Source: an uncultured cyanobacterium
GTDB taxonomy: Bacteria > Cyanobacteriota > Cyanobacteriia > Cyanobacteriales > Nostocaceae
Reading direction: 5' to 3'
Assembly (NCBI GenBank): GCA_963740315.1
Contig: CAVUDP010000001.1
Coordinates: forward strand, 1,280,001 to 1,344,000
DNA: 64,000 nucleotides
The stretch's first letter is position 1; each line of letters begins with the position of its first letter. The notes under the pieces were generated by a model, which saw nothing but the letters and a program-made list of their open reading frames with translations, was not told the DNA's origin and did not search any database. Both the position numbers and the translations under genes were made by a program. Positions 1 to 10,760 of the stretch are shown here, piece after piece.

Positions 1-872
<872 letters not shown>

Positions 873-1102
873 CTACATTTCATAACAGCTTGGTTTATTT
901 TACAGCAGTTTAGTTTCATAGTATTCAGTTTTTTTTGAAAATAAATATTACTTTTATTACTTTTCTTACCTAATTCGATGATTTCACAGAAATTAATATT
1001 GCTGCAAATATTTTTATTTGAAGATGAGCAATTCGAGTAGTAAAATGTACAAGCTGATTTATTATCTCGCTATAAATACTTGTAAAAAGGTTAAATTAAA
1101 TA

Positions 1103-1900
1103 ATGATCGATCGCAATAAAAGTCTGCAAGGTAGAACAACTATAGTGACAGGTTCGGGTCAAAATATTGGTAGAGCGATCGCGTTACTTTTTGCTTCATG
1201 TGGTGCCAATGTTGTTATAAATGGTCATAAAAATCGAGAAGCGATTGAAACAGTTGCTCAACAAGCTCGCGATTTAGGCGCTGGAGCAATTGCGATCGTG
1301 GCTGATGTCAGCGATCCTAATGCAGTGCAAAACATGGTTGATACTGCAACTGAAAAATTTGGCGCGGTTGATATTATTGTTTCTAATGTTTCACTCAGAC
1401 GAAAACAATCTTTCTTGGATATTTCTATTGAGGATTGGCATCAAGTTATAAACACCAATTTAAATTCAGCATTTTATCTTGCCAAAGCAGCAGTAGCGGG
1501 TATGAAAGCCAGAGGATGGGGGAGAATTATTCATATTTCTGGCTTTGACGGCACAATTGGAGCATCCCACCGCGCTCATAACGTTACTTGTAAAGGGGGT
1601 TTGGATGCTTTGGTAAAGGCGATCGCTACGGAATTAGGACCATACGGAATCACGGCAAATGCAATTAGTCCCGGCACAATTGATACTAATCGTATTGCTG
1701 AAAATTATCCCAACTTAGAGGCTAAATACGAACTTCTCAAAAAGCTCATACCCGTAGGTCATTTGGGTACTTGTGAAGATATAGCAGAAGCTTGTTTGTA
1801 TCTCGCTTCAGATTATAGCGGTTTTGTTAACGGTCAAGTAATTCAAGTTAATGGTGGCGCATTGATGATTTCTTCTCATTTAGAACCGATTCTTGAATAA
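1103..1900 (+). CDS. SDR family NAD(P)-dependent oxidoreductase (FabG-like)
   Basis: TGSGQNIG Rossmann motif, GRIIHIS, ITANAISPG, GQVIQVNGG; the YxxxK tyrosine appears replaced (HNVTCKGG). Confidence 0.85.
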   Translation: MIDRNKSLQGRTTIVTGSGQNIGRAIALLFASCGANVVINGHKNREAIETVAQQARDLGAGAIAIVADVSDPNAVQNMVDTATEKFGAVDIIVSNVSLRRKQSFLDISIEDWHQVINTNLNSAFYLAKAAVAGMKARGWGRIIHISGFDGTIGASHRAHNVTCKGGLDALVKAIATELGPYGITANAISPGTIDTNRIAENYPNLEAKYELLKKLIPVGHLGTCEDIAEACLYLASDYSGFVNGQVIQVNGGALMISSHLEPILE

Positions 1901-1937
1901 ATGGAAAAATAGGTAGATGGAAATAATTAGTAACAAA

Positions 1938-2118
1938 GGTTCGTAGTAAGGGCTTCAGCCCCTCCGGATTTAGGGAACCAATGCCCTTTCCTTGACTCTG
2001 GCAAGGAATACGGTGCTTGGAGGCAGAGCCTCCCTTAAAAAGACTGGAGGCAGAGCCTCATGCAATGTATTCCCAGTCAGAGACTGGGAACAAGTAACAA
2101 AGCATCCGTTGTTAAAAT
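1938..2118. repeat. Cluster of REP-like palindromic repeats
   Basis: GGTTCGTAGTAAGGGCTTCAGCCC hairpin, two GAGGCAGAGCCTC palindromes, TTCCCAGTCAGAGACTGGGAA hairpin; the 20-mer AAAGCATCCGTTGTTAAAAT (2099-2118) recurs at 60571-60590. Confidence 0.75.
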
Positions 2119-2292
2119 CCAAAATCCTCTTGGGGTAGATATAATATCACGCGATAGATAGATACATTTGCCTACCGAATTTCCATATATAAAACTATAT
2201 GCGAATAATTACTATCGGGGGAAGCGACTATCATTACTCAATCATCAGATGTTGCGATCGATAAACGCCAAGATTTTGTTGTTGCTCAAGCT

Positions 2293-3426
2293 TTGGAAAA
2301 TGCGTTAGAAATTGCTGATTTTTGTCAATCAAATGCTGCAAGTATTGATACAAATGGCGCTTTTGCTAAACGCGAATTTGAGTTAATTGCTCAAGCCGGA
2401 CTATTGACTGCACCGTTACAAGCTTCGTTTGGGGGATGGGGTGCGGGATTTAATAGTAATGTGATGTACGAAACATTAATGTTACTTAAACATATCGGAC
2501 GCGGTAATTTGGCGGTTGGTAGGGTTTATGAAGGACACGTTAATGCTTTGCAGTTAATCCAGACTTTGGGCACCAAGGAACAGATTGAAGCGTATGCTCG
2601 TGATGCTCGTAATGGTAAAATTTTTGGAGTGTGGAATGCGGAAGCTAACGACGGTGTAAAGGTTATTCCCGTAGATAATTGCCGATATCTTCTTGAAGGT
2701 GCAAAAACTTTTTGTTCTGGTGCGGGTTATGTGGAACGTCCTTTTGTGAATGGGGTGTTACCCGACGGTGGTTGGCAAATGTGTATAGTTCCTATGGAGA
2801 AAGTTGCTACGGTAAGCGATGAAAGTTGGTGGCAACCTCCGGGAATGAAGGCTACAGCGAGTTTTAAAATAGATTTTACCGGGGTGGAATTATCCCAAAA
2901 TGAGTTAATTGCTCAAGCGGGGGATTATTACCGTCAGCCTTGGTTAACCGCTGGGGTGATTCGGTTTGCTGCGGTACAGTTGGGAGGTGCAGAAGCTATA
3001 TTTGATGCGACTCGCGAGTTTTTGCGGCTTTTGCAACGTACTGAAGATGCTTATCAAAAACAACGCTTGGGTAAAATGGCGATCGCAATTGAAAGCGGTA
3101 ATCTGTGGTTAAAGGGTGCGGCTGATAAAATCGCTGCTTATGCTCCAGTTTTTGGAGATTACGCAACAGTAACAAATCCCAAGGCAGACCAGTTGGTTGC
3201 TTATACTAACATGGTGCGAACGGCTATAGAACAAATTTGCATCGATATCATGCAGCTTTGCGAGCGTTGTGTGGGAACTCGCGGATTGCTACCACCTCAC
3301 CCGATGGAACGTTTAATAAGAGACTTAACTTTATACTTGCGTCAACCTGCTTTTGATATTGCGATCGCCAATCCTGGAGAATACGCTGCAAATGAAACCT
3401 TATCTGTACATTCACTTTGGGCATGA
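2293..3426 (+). CDS. Acyl-CoA dehydrogenase family flavoprotein
   Basis: GRVYEGHVNAL, LEGAKTFCSGAG, W..PGMKATAS, ERLIRDLTLYLRQP. The frame is open back to 2209, so the true start may lie upstream of TTG 2293. Confidence 0.85.
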   Translation: MENALEIADFCQSNAASIDTNGAFAKREFELIAQAGLLTAPLQASFGGWGAGFNSNVMYETLMLLKHIGRGNLAVGRVYEGHVNALQLIQTLGTKEQIEAYARDARNGKIFGVWNAEANDGVKVIPVDNCRYLLEGAKTFCSGAGYVERPFVNGVLPDGGWQMCIVPMEKVATVSDESWWQPPGMKATASFKIDFTGVELSQNELIAQAGDYYRQPWLTAGVIRFAAVQLGGAEAIFDATREFLRLLQRTEDAYQKQRLGKMAIAIESGNLWLKGAADKIAAYAPVFGDYATVTNPKADQLVAYTNMVRTAIEQICIDIMQLCERCVGTRGLLPPHPMERLIRDLTLYLRQPAFDIAIANPGEYAANETLSVHSLWA

Positions 3427-4157
3427 AACAGTTAATTAATCCCGATATTTTACCCCTGCGGACGATTGACAATATTGCTCAAAGTCCTATTCTTGTGGTT
3501 GCACCGCATCCCGATGATGAGACGTTGGGCTGTGGAGGTGCGATCGCTTTATTACGTCTCAACTGCGATGTCCGCGTATTGGTGATGAGTGACGGTACGC
3601 TTTCACACCCCCGTTCTAAGAAATATCCCGCACCTAAATTAAAGGCTTTACGTGAAAGTGAAACGATTGAGGCTTTATCTATATTAGGAATAGAAAGTAA
3701 AAATGTAGATTTTCTCGGTTTACTCGATGGCTCAATTTCCACATATTATTCTCAAAAAAGAAGAAACGCCATTGTTGCTTGTTGTGAAAAGTTAATAGAA
3801 ATTAATCCCCAAACTATATTTTTACCTTGGCGTTACGATCCGCATCCAGATCATCGTGGGACTTGGAGTTTAATTAATACAGCTTTATCATGTATATCTT
3901 TAAAGCCGCGAATCATCGAATATCCGATTTGGGATTGGGACCCCGAACAACGTAGAAGTATACCCGAATCGGAACAAATAGACTGTTGGCGGTTAGATAT
4001 TAATCAAGTTGTGGAATTGAAGACACTTGCAATTCAAGCCTATCGTTCTCAAACCACCGACTTAATCGACGACGATCCCGAAGGTTTTCGTCTTTCTCCC
4101 CAAATGCTGGCTAATTTTGCTCGCCCTTGGGAAGTTTATTTATCAGTGAGCAGTTAG
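3423..4157 (+). CDS. PIG-L/LmbE family de-N-acetylase
   Basis: VAPHPDDETLGCGG and DPHPDH metal motifs; ATG 3423 overlaps the upstream TGA (ATGA); the stop codon comes from the downstream repeat. Confidence 0.9.
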   Translation: MKQLINPDILPLRTIDNIAQSPILVVAPHPDDETLGCGGAIALLRLNCDVRVLVMSDGTLSHPRSKKYPAPKLKALRESETIEALSILGIESKNVDFLGLLDGSISTYYSQKRRNAIVACCEKLIEINPQTIFLPWRYDPHPDHRGTWSLINTALSCISLKPRIIEYPIWDWDPEQRRSIPESEQIDCWRLDINQVVELKTLAIQAYRSQTTDLIDDDPEGFRLSPQMLANFARPWEVYLSVSS

Positions 4158-4451
4158 CAGTTAGCAGTTAGCAGTTAGCAGTGAGCAGTTAGCAGTTAGC
4201 AGTGAGCAGTGAGCAGTGAGCAGTGAGCAGTTAGCAGTGAGCAGTTAGCAGTTAGCAGTTAGCAGTTAGCAGTGAGCAGTGAGCAGTTAGCAGTGAGCAG
4301 TTAGCAGTGAGCAGTTAGCAGTTAGCAGTTAGCAGTTAGCAGTGAGCAGTGAGCAGTTAGCAGTGAGCAGTTAGCAGTGAGCAGTGAGCAGTGAGCAGTG
4401 AGCAGTGAGCAGTGAGCAGTTAGCAGTGAGCAGTTAGCAGTGAGCAGTTAG
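4144..4451. repeat. STRR heptamer array CAGT(T/G)AG x44
   Basis: Read directly: 308 bp = 44 units of two variants. Confidence 0.97.
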
Positions 4452-4467
4452 GAGTTAATATCCCCTT

Positions 4468-4560
4468 GTCTCCCCATCTCCCCCTCTCCCCATCTCCCCA
4501 TCTCCCCATCTCCCCATCCCCCCATCTCCCCATCCCCCCATCTCCTCTCCCCCATCTTCC
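4468..4560. repeat. CCCCATCT/CCCCATCC octamer tandem repeat
   Basis: Read directly; runs up to the ATG at 4561. Confidence 0.95.
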
Positions 4561-5832
4561 ATGAAACTAGCAATTTTCGACATCGATGGTACGCTTACGC
4601 AAACGAACGATATAGATACTCAATGCTATGTAAAAGCGTTTGCAGAGGAATTTGATATTACAGGAATTAATACTAATTGGAGTGATTACGGACACACTAC
4701 TGATTCAGCAATATCTATACAGATTTTTCAAGATTTTAATGGACGCGCTCCCAAGCAAGAGGAGTTATCAAGATTAAAACATCGCTTTGTAGAACTACTA
4801 AAATCGCATTACGCAACCGATAATCAAATGTTTTCCGAAACACCTGGAACGTCAGCAATGCTGCGTAAACTTGCGGATGAAGATTGGGCGATCGCCTTTG
4901 CTACGGGTGGATGGTTGGATTCTGCTTCTATAAAACTCGAAGCGATCGGATTAGATGTTAATGTACCGATGGCTAGCGCTGATGATAGTATTTCACGGGA
5001 AGAAATCGTGAAGACGGCAATATCCAGAGCTAAGCAAAAGTATGCTGTTGCCGATTTTGACAAAATAGTTTGCATCGGGGATGGGATTTGGGATGTTCTC
5101 ACGGCGGTACAGTTGCAATTACCTTTTGTCGGGGTTACTAGCAATCAACAGGTGCTACAAGATGCTGGAGTAAAACAAATTATTACAGACTTTACCGATT
5201 TTGATGAATTTATAGAAGCTTTAAACAATGCCAGCATTCCCCAGCAGCAATACATCCAAAAATCTTCTTTACCAGCAAGTTATTTTGAAGCTCTTTATAC
5301 TACCGATCGCGATCCGTGGAAGTTTGAAACCAGCGAATACGAAATAAAAAAGTATCAAGCAACCTTAGCAGCTTTACCAAAACAGTATAATAACGCTTTT
5401 GAAATTGGCGGTTCTATCGGTGTTTTAACTGAGCAATTAGCAGATAAATGTAAATCCTTACTTTCAGTTGATGCATCTAAAATCGCTCAAGAGCAAGCAA
5501 TTGAACGTTGTAAGCATCTGACTCAAGTACGGTTTGAGGTGATGTGCTTACCGCAGCAATTTCCCGAAGAAATGTTTGATTTAATCTTAGTTTCTGAAGT
5601 TGGTTATTACTTGTCTTGGGAAGATTTGCTTACAGCACGAAAAATGATTTTAGAACATTTACAACCGGGGGGACATTTATTATTAGTGCATTGGACTCTT
5701 TATGCTCAAGATTATCCTTTAAACGGCGAGCAAGTACACGATGCTTTTATGGAATTTACCCCCGATAAACTGCGACATTTAAAAGGACAAAGAGAAGAAC
5801 AATATCGCCTGGATTTATTTGAGCGGGTGTAA
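4561..5832 (+). CDS. Fusion of a HAD-superfamily hydrolase and a NodS-like class I SAM-dependent methyltransferase
   Basis: N-terminal FDIDGTL and IGDGIWD (HAD motifs I/IV); C-terminal YFEALY..DPWKFETSEYE..KY, FEIGGSIG, FDLILVSEVGYY, GGHLLLVHW (NodS-like). Confidence 0.85.
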   Translation: MKLAIFDIDGTLTQTNDIDTQCYVKAFAEEFDITGINTNWSDYGHTTDSAISIQIFQDFNGRAPKQEELSRLKHRFVELLKSHYATDNQMFSETPGTSAMLRKLADEDWAIAFATGGWLDSASIKLEAIGLDVNVPMASADDSISREEIVKTAISRAKQKYAVADFDKIVCIGDGIWDVLTAVQLQLPFVGVTSNQQVLQDAGVKQIITDFTDFDEFIEALNNASIPQQQYIQKSSLPASYFEALYTTDRDPWKFETSEYEIKKYQATLAALPKQYNNAFEIGGSIGVLTEQLADKCKSLLSVDASKIAQEQAIERCKHLTQVRFEVMCLPQQFPEEMFDLILVSEVGYYLSWEDLLTARKMILEHLQPGGHLLLVHWTLYAQDYPLNGEQVHDAFMEFTPDKLRHLKGQREEQYRLDLFERV

Positions 5833-5858
5833 GCTTGGATTTAGGACTAAAGTCCTTA

Positions 5859-7061
5859 CTACGAGCCTTTATTAACCCGCAAATCTTCTAGAAACTTCCG
5901 CAACTGTGGAATCGCTTCCCGAATATCCACCTCACCCCAACGAGCAAACCAGATTCCTTGTTGTAAAGAACGCTGTTCGATACGTTCAAACAGGGAATTG
6001 AAGGATTGAGGCTGATGCAATTGTTGGGTGAGCCATTGAGTATCTATTCCAAAAGTGTCTGCTAATTCTTCTGTATTTGGAGTAGATCGATCGCCCTTGA
6101 GAATACACCACCAAAGTACCCACAGTTGATGACGCGCTCGAAAACGAGTTGCGATCGCTTCACCTGGTTCAACCATAAAAGCCTGACTTCCCGTTTTTGT
6201 CCATTGCTTCAACTGGTTAGCTAAACCCACTTCACTACGTCCGGTAACTCTAGCTGAAGTTACAACTTTTACTAACGGACTGTGGCGAAATCGGGCATTT
6301 ACACGCAGTAAAGCACGGTAAAAAGCTTCATCTTCGGGAGTTCTGACGGCGGGTAAACCTCCAGCCAAAGCATACATTTCTACAGTTACCGCCAAACTAG
6401 CGCCGTAATGTTGAAAATGTCGGGGAAACGGATCGTAAAAATTTGGATTGAGGTAACTTTCTAACTCTGCAATTAAATAACGGTAGCCTACTTCTCGCAA
6501 ATAGCAAGCTCTAACATGGGGATTTAATCTACTGCGTTGATTGCTATCAATAGTAATTCTTCCACCTACAGCATCTACCCCGCGATTGATTTCATACAAA
6601 TTAGCGGCTATCCAATTAGAACTAACTTGCGAATCACCATCAGTAGAAGCAATTATCCCGCGTCTGCGTCCCAAACCGTGCAAACGATGGTATGCTTCAT
6701 CCATCAACATTTTGCGGACTCTGCCAATGTAAGCCCGATCTGGGGGTAGAGTTACTTCAACAACGTGCAGCGCTAAATCTGGATTTTGGGCTGCGAAATT
6801 GTTTGCGATCGCCGCAGAATTATCGCTACAGTTATTTGCTAAAACAATGATTTCGTAACGTTTCGGGTGAAAACGTTTTCCATGCAAATCTATTTGCTCA
6901 GCTAAAGCCTTAAGAGTGCTGTGAAGGGTTTCGGCTTCATTCCGAACGGGAACGATCGCACATATTTCGCATTCTCTTAACGGTGGTATTTTTACTAAAG
7001 GTTGAGTAGATAGGAGTTGGAATGTAGCTTGTCTTTTTACTACTTGCAAAAGCCTATCCAT
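5859..7061 (-). CDS. Glycosyltransferase family 2
   Basis: AIVPVRNE, LANNCSD, STDGD (DxD), GASLAV..Y..AGG, ED, VVTSAR. Confidence 0.9.
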   Translation of the reverse strand: MDRLLQVVKRQATFQLLSTQPLVKIPPLRECEICAIVPVRNEAETLHSTLKALAEQIDLHGKRFHPKRYEIIVLANNCSDNSAAIANNFAAQNPDLALHVVEVTLPPDRAYIGRVRKMLMDEAYHRLHGLGRRRGIIASTDGDSQVSSNWIAANLYEINRGVDAVGGRITIDSNQRSRLNPHVRACYLREVGYRYLIAELESYLNPNFYDPFPRHFQHYGASLAVTVEMYALAGGLPAVRTPEDEAFYRALLRVNARFRHSPLVKVVTSARVTGRSEVGLANQLKQWTKTGSQAFMVEPGEAIATRFRARHQLWVLWWCILKGDRSTPNTEELADTFGIDTQWLTQQLHQPQSFNSLFERIEQRSLQQGIWFARWGEVDIREAIPQLRKFLEDLRVNKGS

Positions 7062-7360
7062 AGAAAACTTCTCTTGATTCTTTAAAAATCAAATAATTGC
7101 TGTTCATTTATAATTCAAGTTTTTAGAATTGTTTAATACAGTTTAAGTTTCATTTGTTTTTAGTTATTTTTACTCCGCCCAAAGTAATATTATTCCTATT
7201 TTTATTAACAAATAATCTCATCAAATTAATACTTGATGAATTTACCGATTTATAATTAATATTCCTCAAGGTATATATCTTTGGATTATTTAATTAAAAT
7301 TTTGTGGGATGGACTAAATTTTGAATAATAAATGGTTTTATACTGCCTAAATATTGATAA

Positions 7361-7385
7361 AGACGTTGCAGTGCAACGTCTCTAC
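7361..7385. repeat. REP-like palindrome (GTAGAGACGTTGCA family)
   Basis: AGACGTTGCAGTGCAACGTCTCTAC; second copy at 39924-39949. Confidence 0.8.
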
Positions 7386-7408
7386 AAATATGTCGGTTTT
7401 AGAACAAA

Positions 7409-10400
7409 TTATTTTCTAGAAATCGGAATCTCTACTACAAATTCCGCACCTTCACCAGATATTGAATTAAAATACAGTTTACCATCATGTTTTTCAGTAA
7501 CAATTTGATAGCTAATTGAAAGTCCTAAACCCGTACCTTTACCTACTGGTTTCGTAGTAAAAAATGGGTTGAATATTTGGTCTTGAATCTCGGAAGGTAT
7601 ACCAGGACCGTTATCCGCAATAGAAATTGTTACCCAATCTTCATCGATAACTGAAGTTGATATGTGAATGTTACTGGGGTTTGTTTTTATATCTTCAGGT
7701 GTACGCTGTTTGTTATGTTCTTCTAAAGCATCGATCGCATTTGATAACAAATTCATAAACACTTGATTTAGTGGTCCCGGATAACAATTTACGAGTGGTA
7801 ATGCTTCGTAATCCTTAACAATCTTTATCTGTACGGTATTCGCTTCAGGTTTGAGTCGATTTTGTAAAATCATCAAAGTACTTTCAATACCATCATGAAT
7901 ATCAACTTCCTTGACTTTCGCTTCATCCAGACGCGAAAAGTTACGTAAAGATAAAACGATGTCGCGGATTCTATCGGTTCCTACCTGCATTGATTTAAAT
8001 AAGCTCGGAATATCTTCAAACAAAAATTCTATTTCTGTTTCTTGCAAATATTCTTGAATTTCCACAACTGGTTGTGGATAATGTTGCTGATACAATTTCA
8101 AACATTTCATCAATTCTTGAGTATATTCGTCGGCGTGTTGTAAATTGCCGTGAATAAACCCGACTGGATTGTTTATTTCATGAGCAATACCTGCGACTAA
8201 TTGACCTAAAGAAGCCATTTTCTCGGATTGGATCATTTGAATCTGAGCGAGTTGTAAGTCTTTTAAAGTTTGAGTTAACTGTTCTGCTTGTTCGCGGGTT
8301 TTTCCTAATAAGTTAGCTTGCTTCAAAGCCACGCTCAACTGTGCTGCTACTTGGGTAACAAACTGAATTTCCTCATCTTTCCAATTGCGATAAGAACCAC
8401 ATTGGTGAATGCACAAAAGCCCCCATAGGCGTTTACCTTCCATCAAAGGAATAAGAATGTATGCTTTGATTTCAAATTTCTCTAATATATCAACATAACA
8501 ATCTTGATAACCTGCTTTGTAAATATTAGAGACTGCTAAAACTTTTCCTTGAGTGTATTGAGGTACATAACGTTCGCCAAAACAATAGTCTTCAAACAAT
8601 AAACCATTTGCTGGCTCAAAGTCGGCTAATACATCTTCAGCAATAAATTCACCACTAATATAGTTACTGTTTTCATGAAAGCGGAATACTGCTACTCGAT
8701 CCGCTCGAAGACTGCGCCTGATTTCTTGAGCTGTTGTTTTAAAAATAGTTTCTAAGTCGAGGGATTCGCGAATCTTAGCAACTACATCAAATAGAATCTC
8801 TCGCTGTTGCGCCGATTGACGTTGTTCGTCAGCACGACTTTGAGTTTGAGAAAGTAATTCTGCACTTTGAATTGCTACCCCCAACTGATTGGCAACTTGG
8901 GCTAAAAATTCAACTTCTAAACTTTCCCATTCACGAGTTGCTGTATGTTGATAAGCTCCTAATAGTCCCCATAAATTACGTCCGACAAAAATCGGAGTTA
9001 AAGCATAAGCACGGATTTTAAATTGTTCTAAAATATCTAAATGACATTTTACGTGTCCGGCTTGATAAATATCGTTAACTGCAAAACTTTCATTATTGCG
9101 ATATCTACCGCCTTTTGTTTCTTGTAAATGAGTATCTTCCCAATATAAATTTTTTCCAAAAGGGTTAACATTAGTCCAATTAACTTCAGGAATCCCAAAA
9201 TTGCTGACAAATTCACCACTCCAATCTTCATTAAACCGATAAACCCCAACTCTTTCCACTTGCAACAGTTTGCAAACTTCTTGAGATGTAGTTTCCAGAA
9301 TCAAATCCGTGTTAGAAAAAGACCGAATTTTTGTGACTACATCAGTTAGAGTTCGTTGCCGTGCGTTCGATTTTTCTAATTCAATTGCCTGTTGTTTCGA
9401 CTGTTGTAAAAATTCCGATTGCTGAATCGCAACCCCAAGCTGCCCACCCACCAAAGACAAAAATTCTACTTCGTAATCCAGCCATTGACGCGGTGAAGAA
9501 TGTTGATAAGCTCCCAATAAACCCCATAGTTTCGGACCAATAAAAATTGGTGCTAAAACATAAGCTCGAATTTTAAATTGTTCTAAAATATCTATATGAC
9601 AGCGTGAATGCCCCGCTTTATAAATATCGGCGATCGCAAAACTTTCATTATTACGATAACGCCCGCCTTTTGTTTCCTGTAAATGAGTATCTTGCCAAAC
9701 TAAATTTTTACCAAAAGGATTAGTTGTTTCCCACTGGGATTCCACCGTACCAAAATGACTGATAAATTCGCCACCCCAATCTTCATCAAAGCGATAAATT
9801 GCTGCCCTTTCCAACTTCAACAGCTTGCAAAGTTCTTTACAGGTGGTATCGAAGATAAATTTAGTATCCAAGGATGAGCGAATATTCCCCACTACTTCCA
9901 TCAAAGCCCGCTGTCGTGCAACTGCATTTTGTAACTTTGCAGTCTGCCGCTCTGCTTGTGCGGAAGTTTTCGCTTGCTGCATTGCTATTCCCAGATAGCT
10001 GCCAGCTTGATGCAAAAATTCTACTTCATCATCTAACCAGTGACGCGCTTCGGAATGTTGATAAGCAGCAAGTAACCCCCATAATTTGGAACCTGCAAAA
10101 ATAGGTGCAATCGCATAAGCGCGAATCTGAAATTGTTCGAGTACTTCAATATAGCAGCGAGGATAATCAGCAGCATAAATATCGCTAACAGAATAAGACT
10201 CATTTTTTATATATTTTCCACCTTGGTTTCTTTGTAAATGGGTATCTTCCCAAACCAAGTTTTTTCCAAAAGCGCGAATATCATGCCAAGGAGTGCGTGC
10301 AAATCCGAAATTATTGACAAAACTTCCACTCCAGTCTTCGTTAAATTTATAAAGTGCAACTCTTTCGACATCCAAAAGCCAACAAATATCTTGAGAGGTA

Positions 10401-10546
10401 TCCGCACAAAGAGATTCCAAATCCACCGACGCACGAATCCTTGCAAGGATGCGATCGAGTACCTTTTGATACTGCATCGTGCGCTGTAATTTTCCTTGAG
10501 TCTCTCCAGCTGTTATATAAGTTGATTCGTAAACGCTTTCTGACAT
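7409..10546 (-). CDS. Cyanobacteriochrome sensor histidine kinase with four tandem GAF domains
   Basis: Three GAFs with W(E/Q)DTHLQ..GG(K/R)Y and CY/CH/CH bilin-attachment motifs; a fourth with DYCF..CY; HisKA AGIAHEINNP and HATPase GKGTGLGL. ATG 10546 preferred over TTG 10591. Confidence 0.92.
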   Translation of the reverse strand: MSESVYESTYITAGETQGKLQRTMQYQKVLDRILARIRASVDLESLCADTSQDICWLLDVERVALYKFNEDWSGSFVNNFGFARTPWHDIRAFGKNLVWEDTHLQRNQGGKYIKNESYSVSDIYAADYPRCYIEVLEQFQIRAYAIAPIFAGSKLWGLLAAYQHSEARHWLDDEVEFLHQAGSYLGIAMQQAKTSAQAERQTAKLQNAVARQRALMEVVGNIRSSLDTKFIFDTTCKELCKLLKLERAAIYRFDEDWGGEFISHFGTVESQWETTNPFGKNLVWQDTHLQETKGGRYRNNESFAIADIYKAGHSRCHIDILEQFKIRAYVLAPIFIGPKLWGLLGAYQHSSPRQWLDYEVEFLSLVGGQLGVAIQQSEFLQQSKQQAIELEKSNARQRTLTDVVTKIRSFSNTDLILETTSQEVCKLLQVERVGVYRFNEDWSGEFVSNFGIPEVNWTNVNPFGKNLYWEDTHLQETKGGRYRNNESFAVNDIYQAGHVKCHLDILEQFKIRAYALTPIFVGRNLWGLLGAYQHTATREWESLEVEFLAQVANQLGVAIQSAELLSQTQSRADEQRQSAQQREILFDVVAKIRESLDLETIFKTTAQEIRRSLRADRVAVFRFHENSNYISGEFIAEDVLADFEPANGLLFEDYCFGERYVPQYTQGKVLAVSNIYKAGYQDCYVDILEKFEIKAYILIPLMEGKRLWGLLCIHQCGSYRNWKDEEIQFVTQVAAQLSVALKQANLLGKTREQAEQLTQTLKDLQLAQIQMIQSEKMASLGQLVAGIAHEINNPVGFIHGNLQHADEYTQELMKCLKLYQQHYPQPVVEIQEYLQETEIEFLFEDIPSLFKSMQVGTDRIRDIVLSLRNFSRLDEAKVKEVDIHDGIESTLMILQNRLKPEANTVQIKIVKDYEALPLVNCYPGPLNQVFMNLLSNAIDALEEHNKQRTPEDIKTNPSNIHISTSVIDEDWVTISIADNGPGIPSEIQDQIFNPFFTTKPVGKGTGLGLSISYQIVTEKHDGKLYFNSISGEGAEFVVEIPISRK

Positions 10547-10689
10547 GGGAATTAAAATTATATGTATTACCGTTAAATTTATTGTTCCCAATTCAGCATC
10601 AAATTCATATACAAGTTTTAAATAAAATTTCTTTTGCTAAATATCTACTCTTGTTTTATTTCAAAGTGTATTTACTTAAGTAAAAACTC

Positions 10690-10722
10690 AGAAACCCGGT
10701 ATCTTCAAGATACCGGGTTTCT
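10690..10722. repeat. Perfect 16-bp inverted repeat (palindromic element or terminator-like hairpin)
   Basis: AGAAACCCGGTATCTT-C-AAGATACCGGGTTTCT between the two kinase genes. Confidence 0.75.
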
Positions 10723-10760
10723 ATGTTAATGTTCCCTACTCTCTACTCCCTACTCCCTGT

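Noticed and set aside
1037..1050. NtcA-activated promoter
   Set aside because: GTA-N8-TAC is present but there is no TAN3T at about 22 nt on either strand.
4144..4451. CRISPR-like or coding repeat
   Set aside because: Simple heptamer STRR with stop codons and no spacers.
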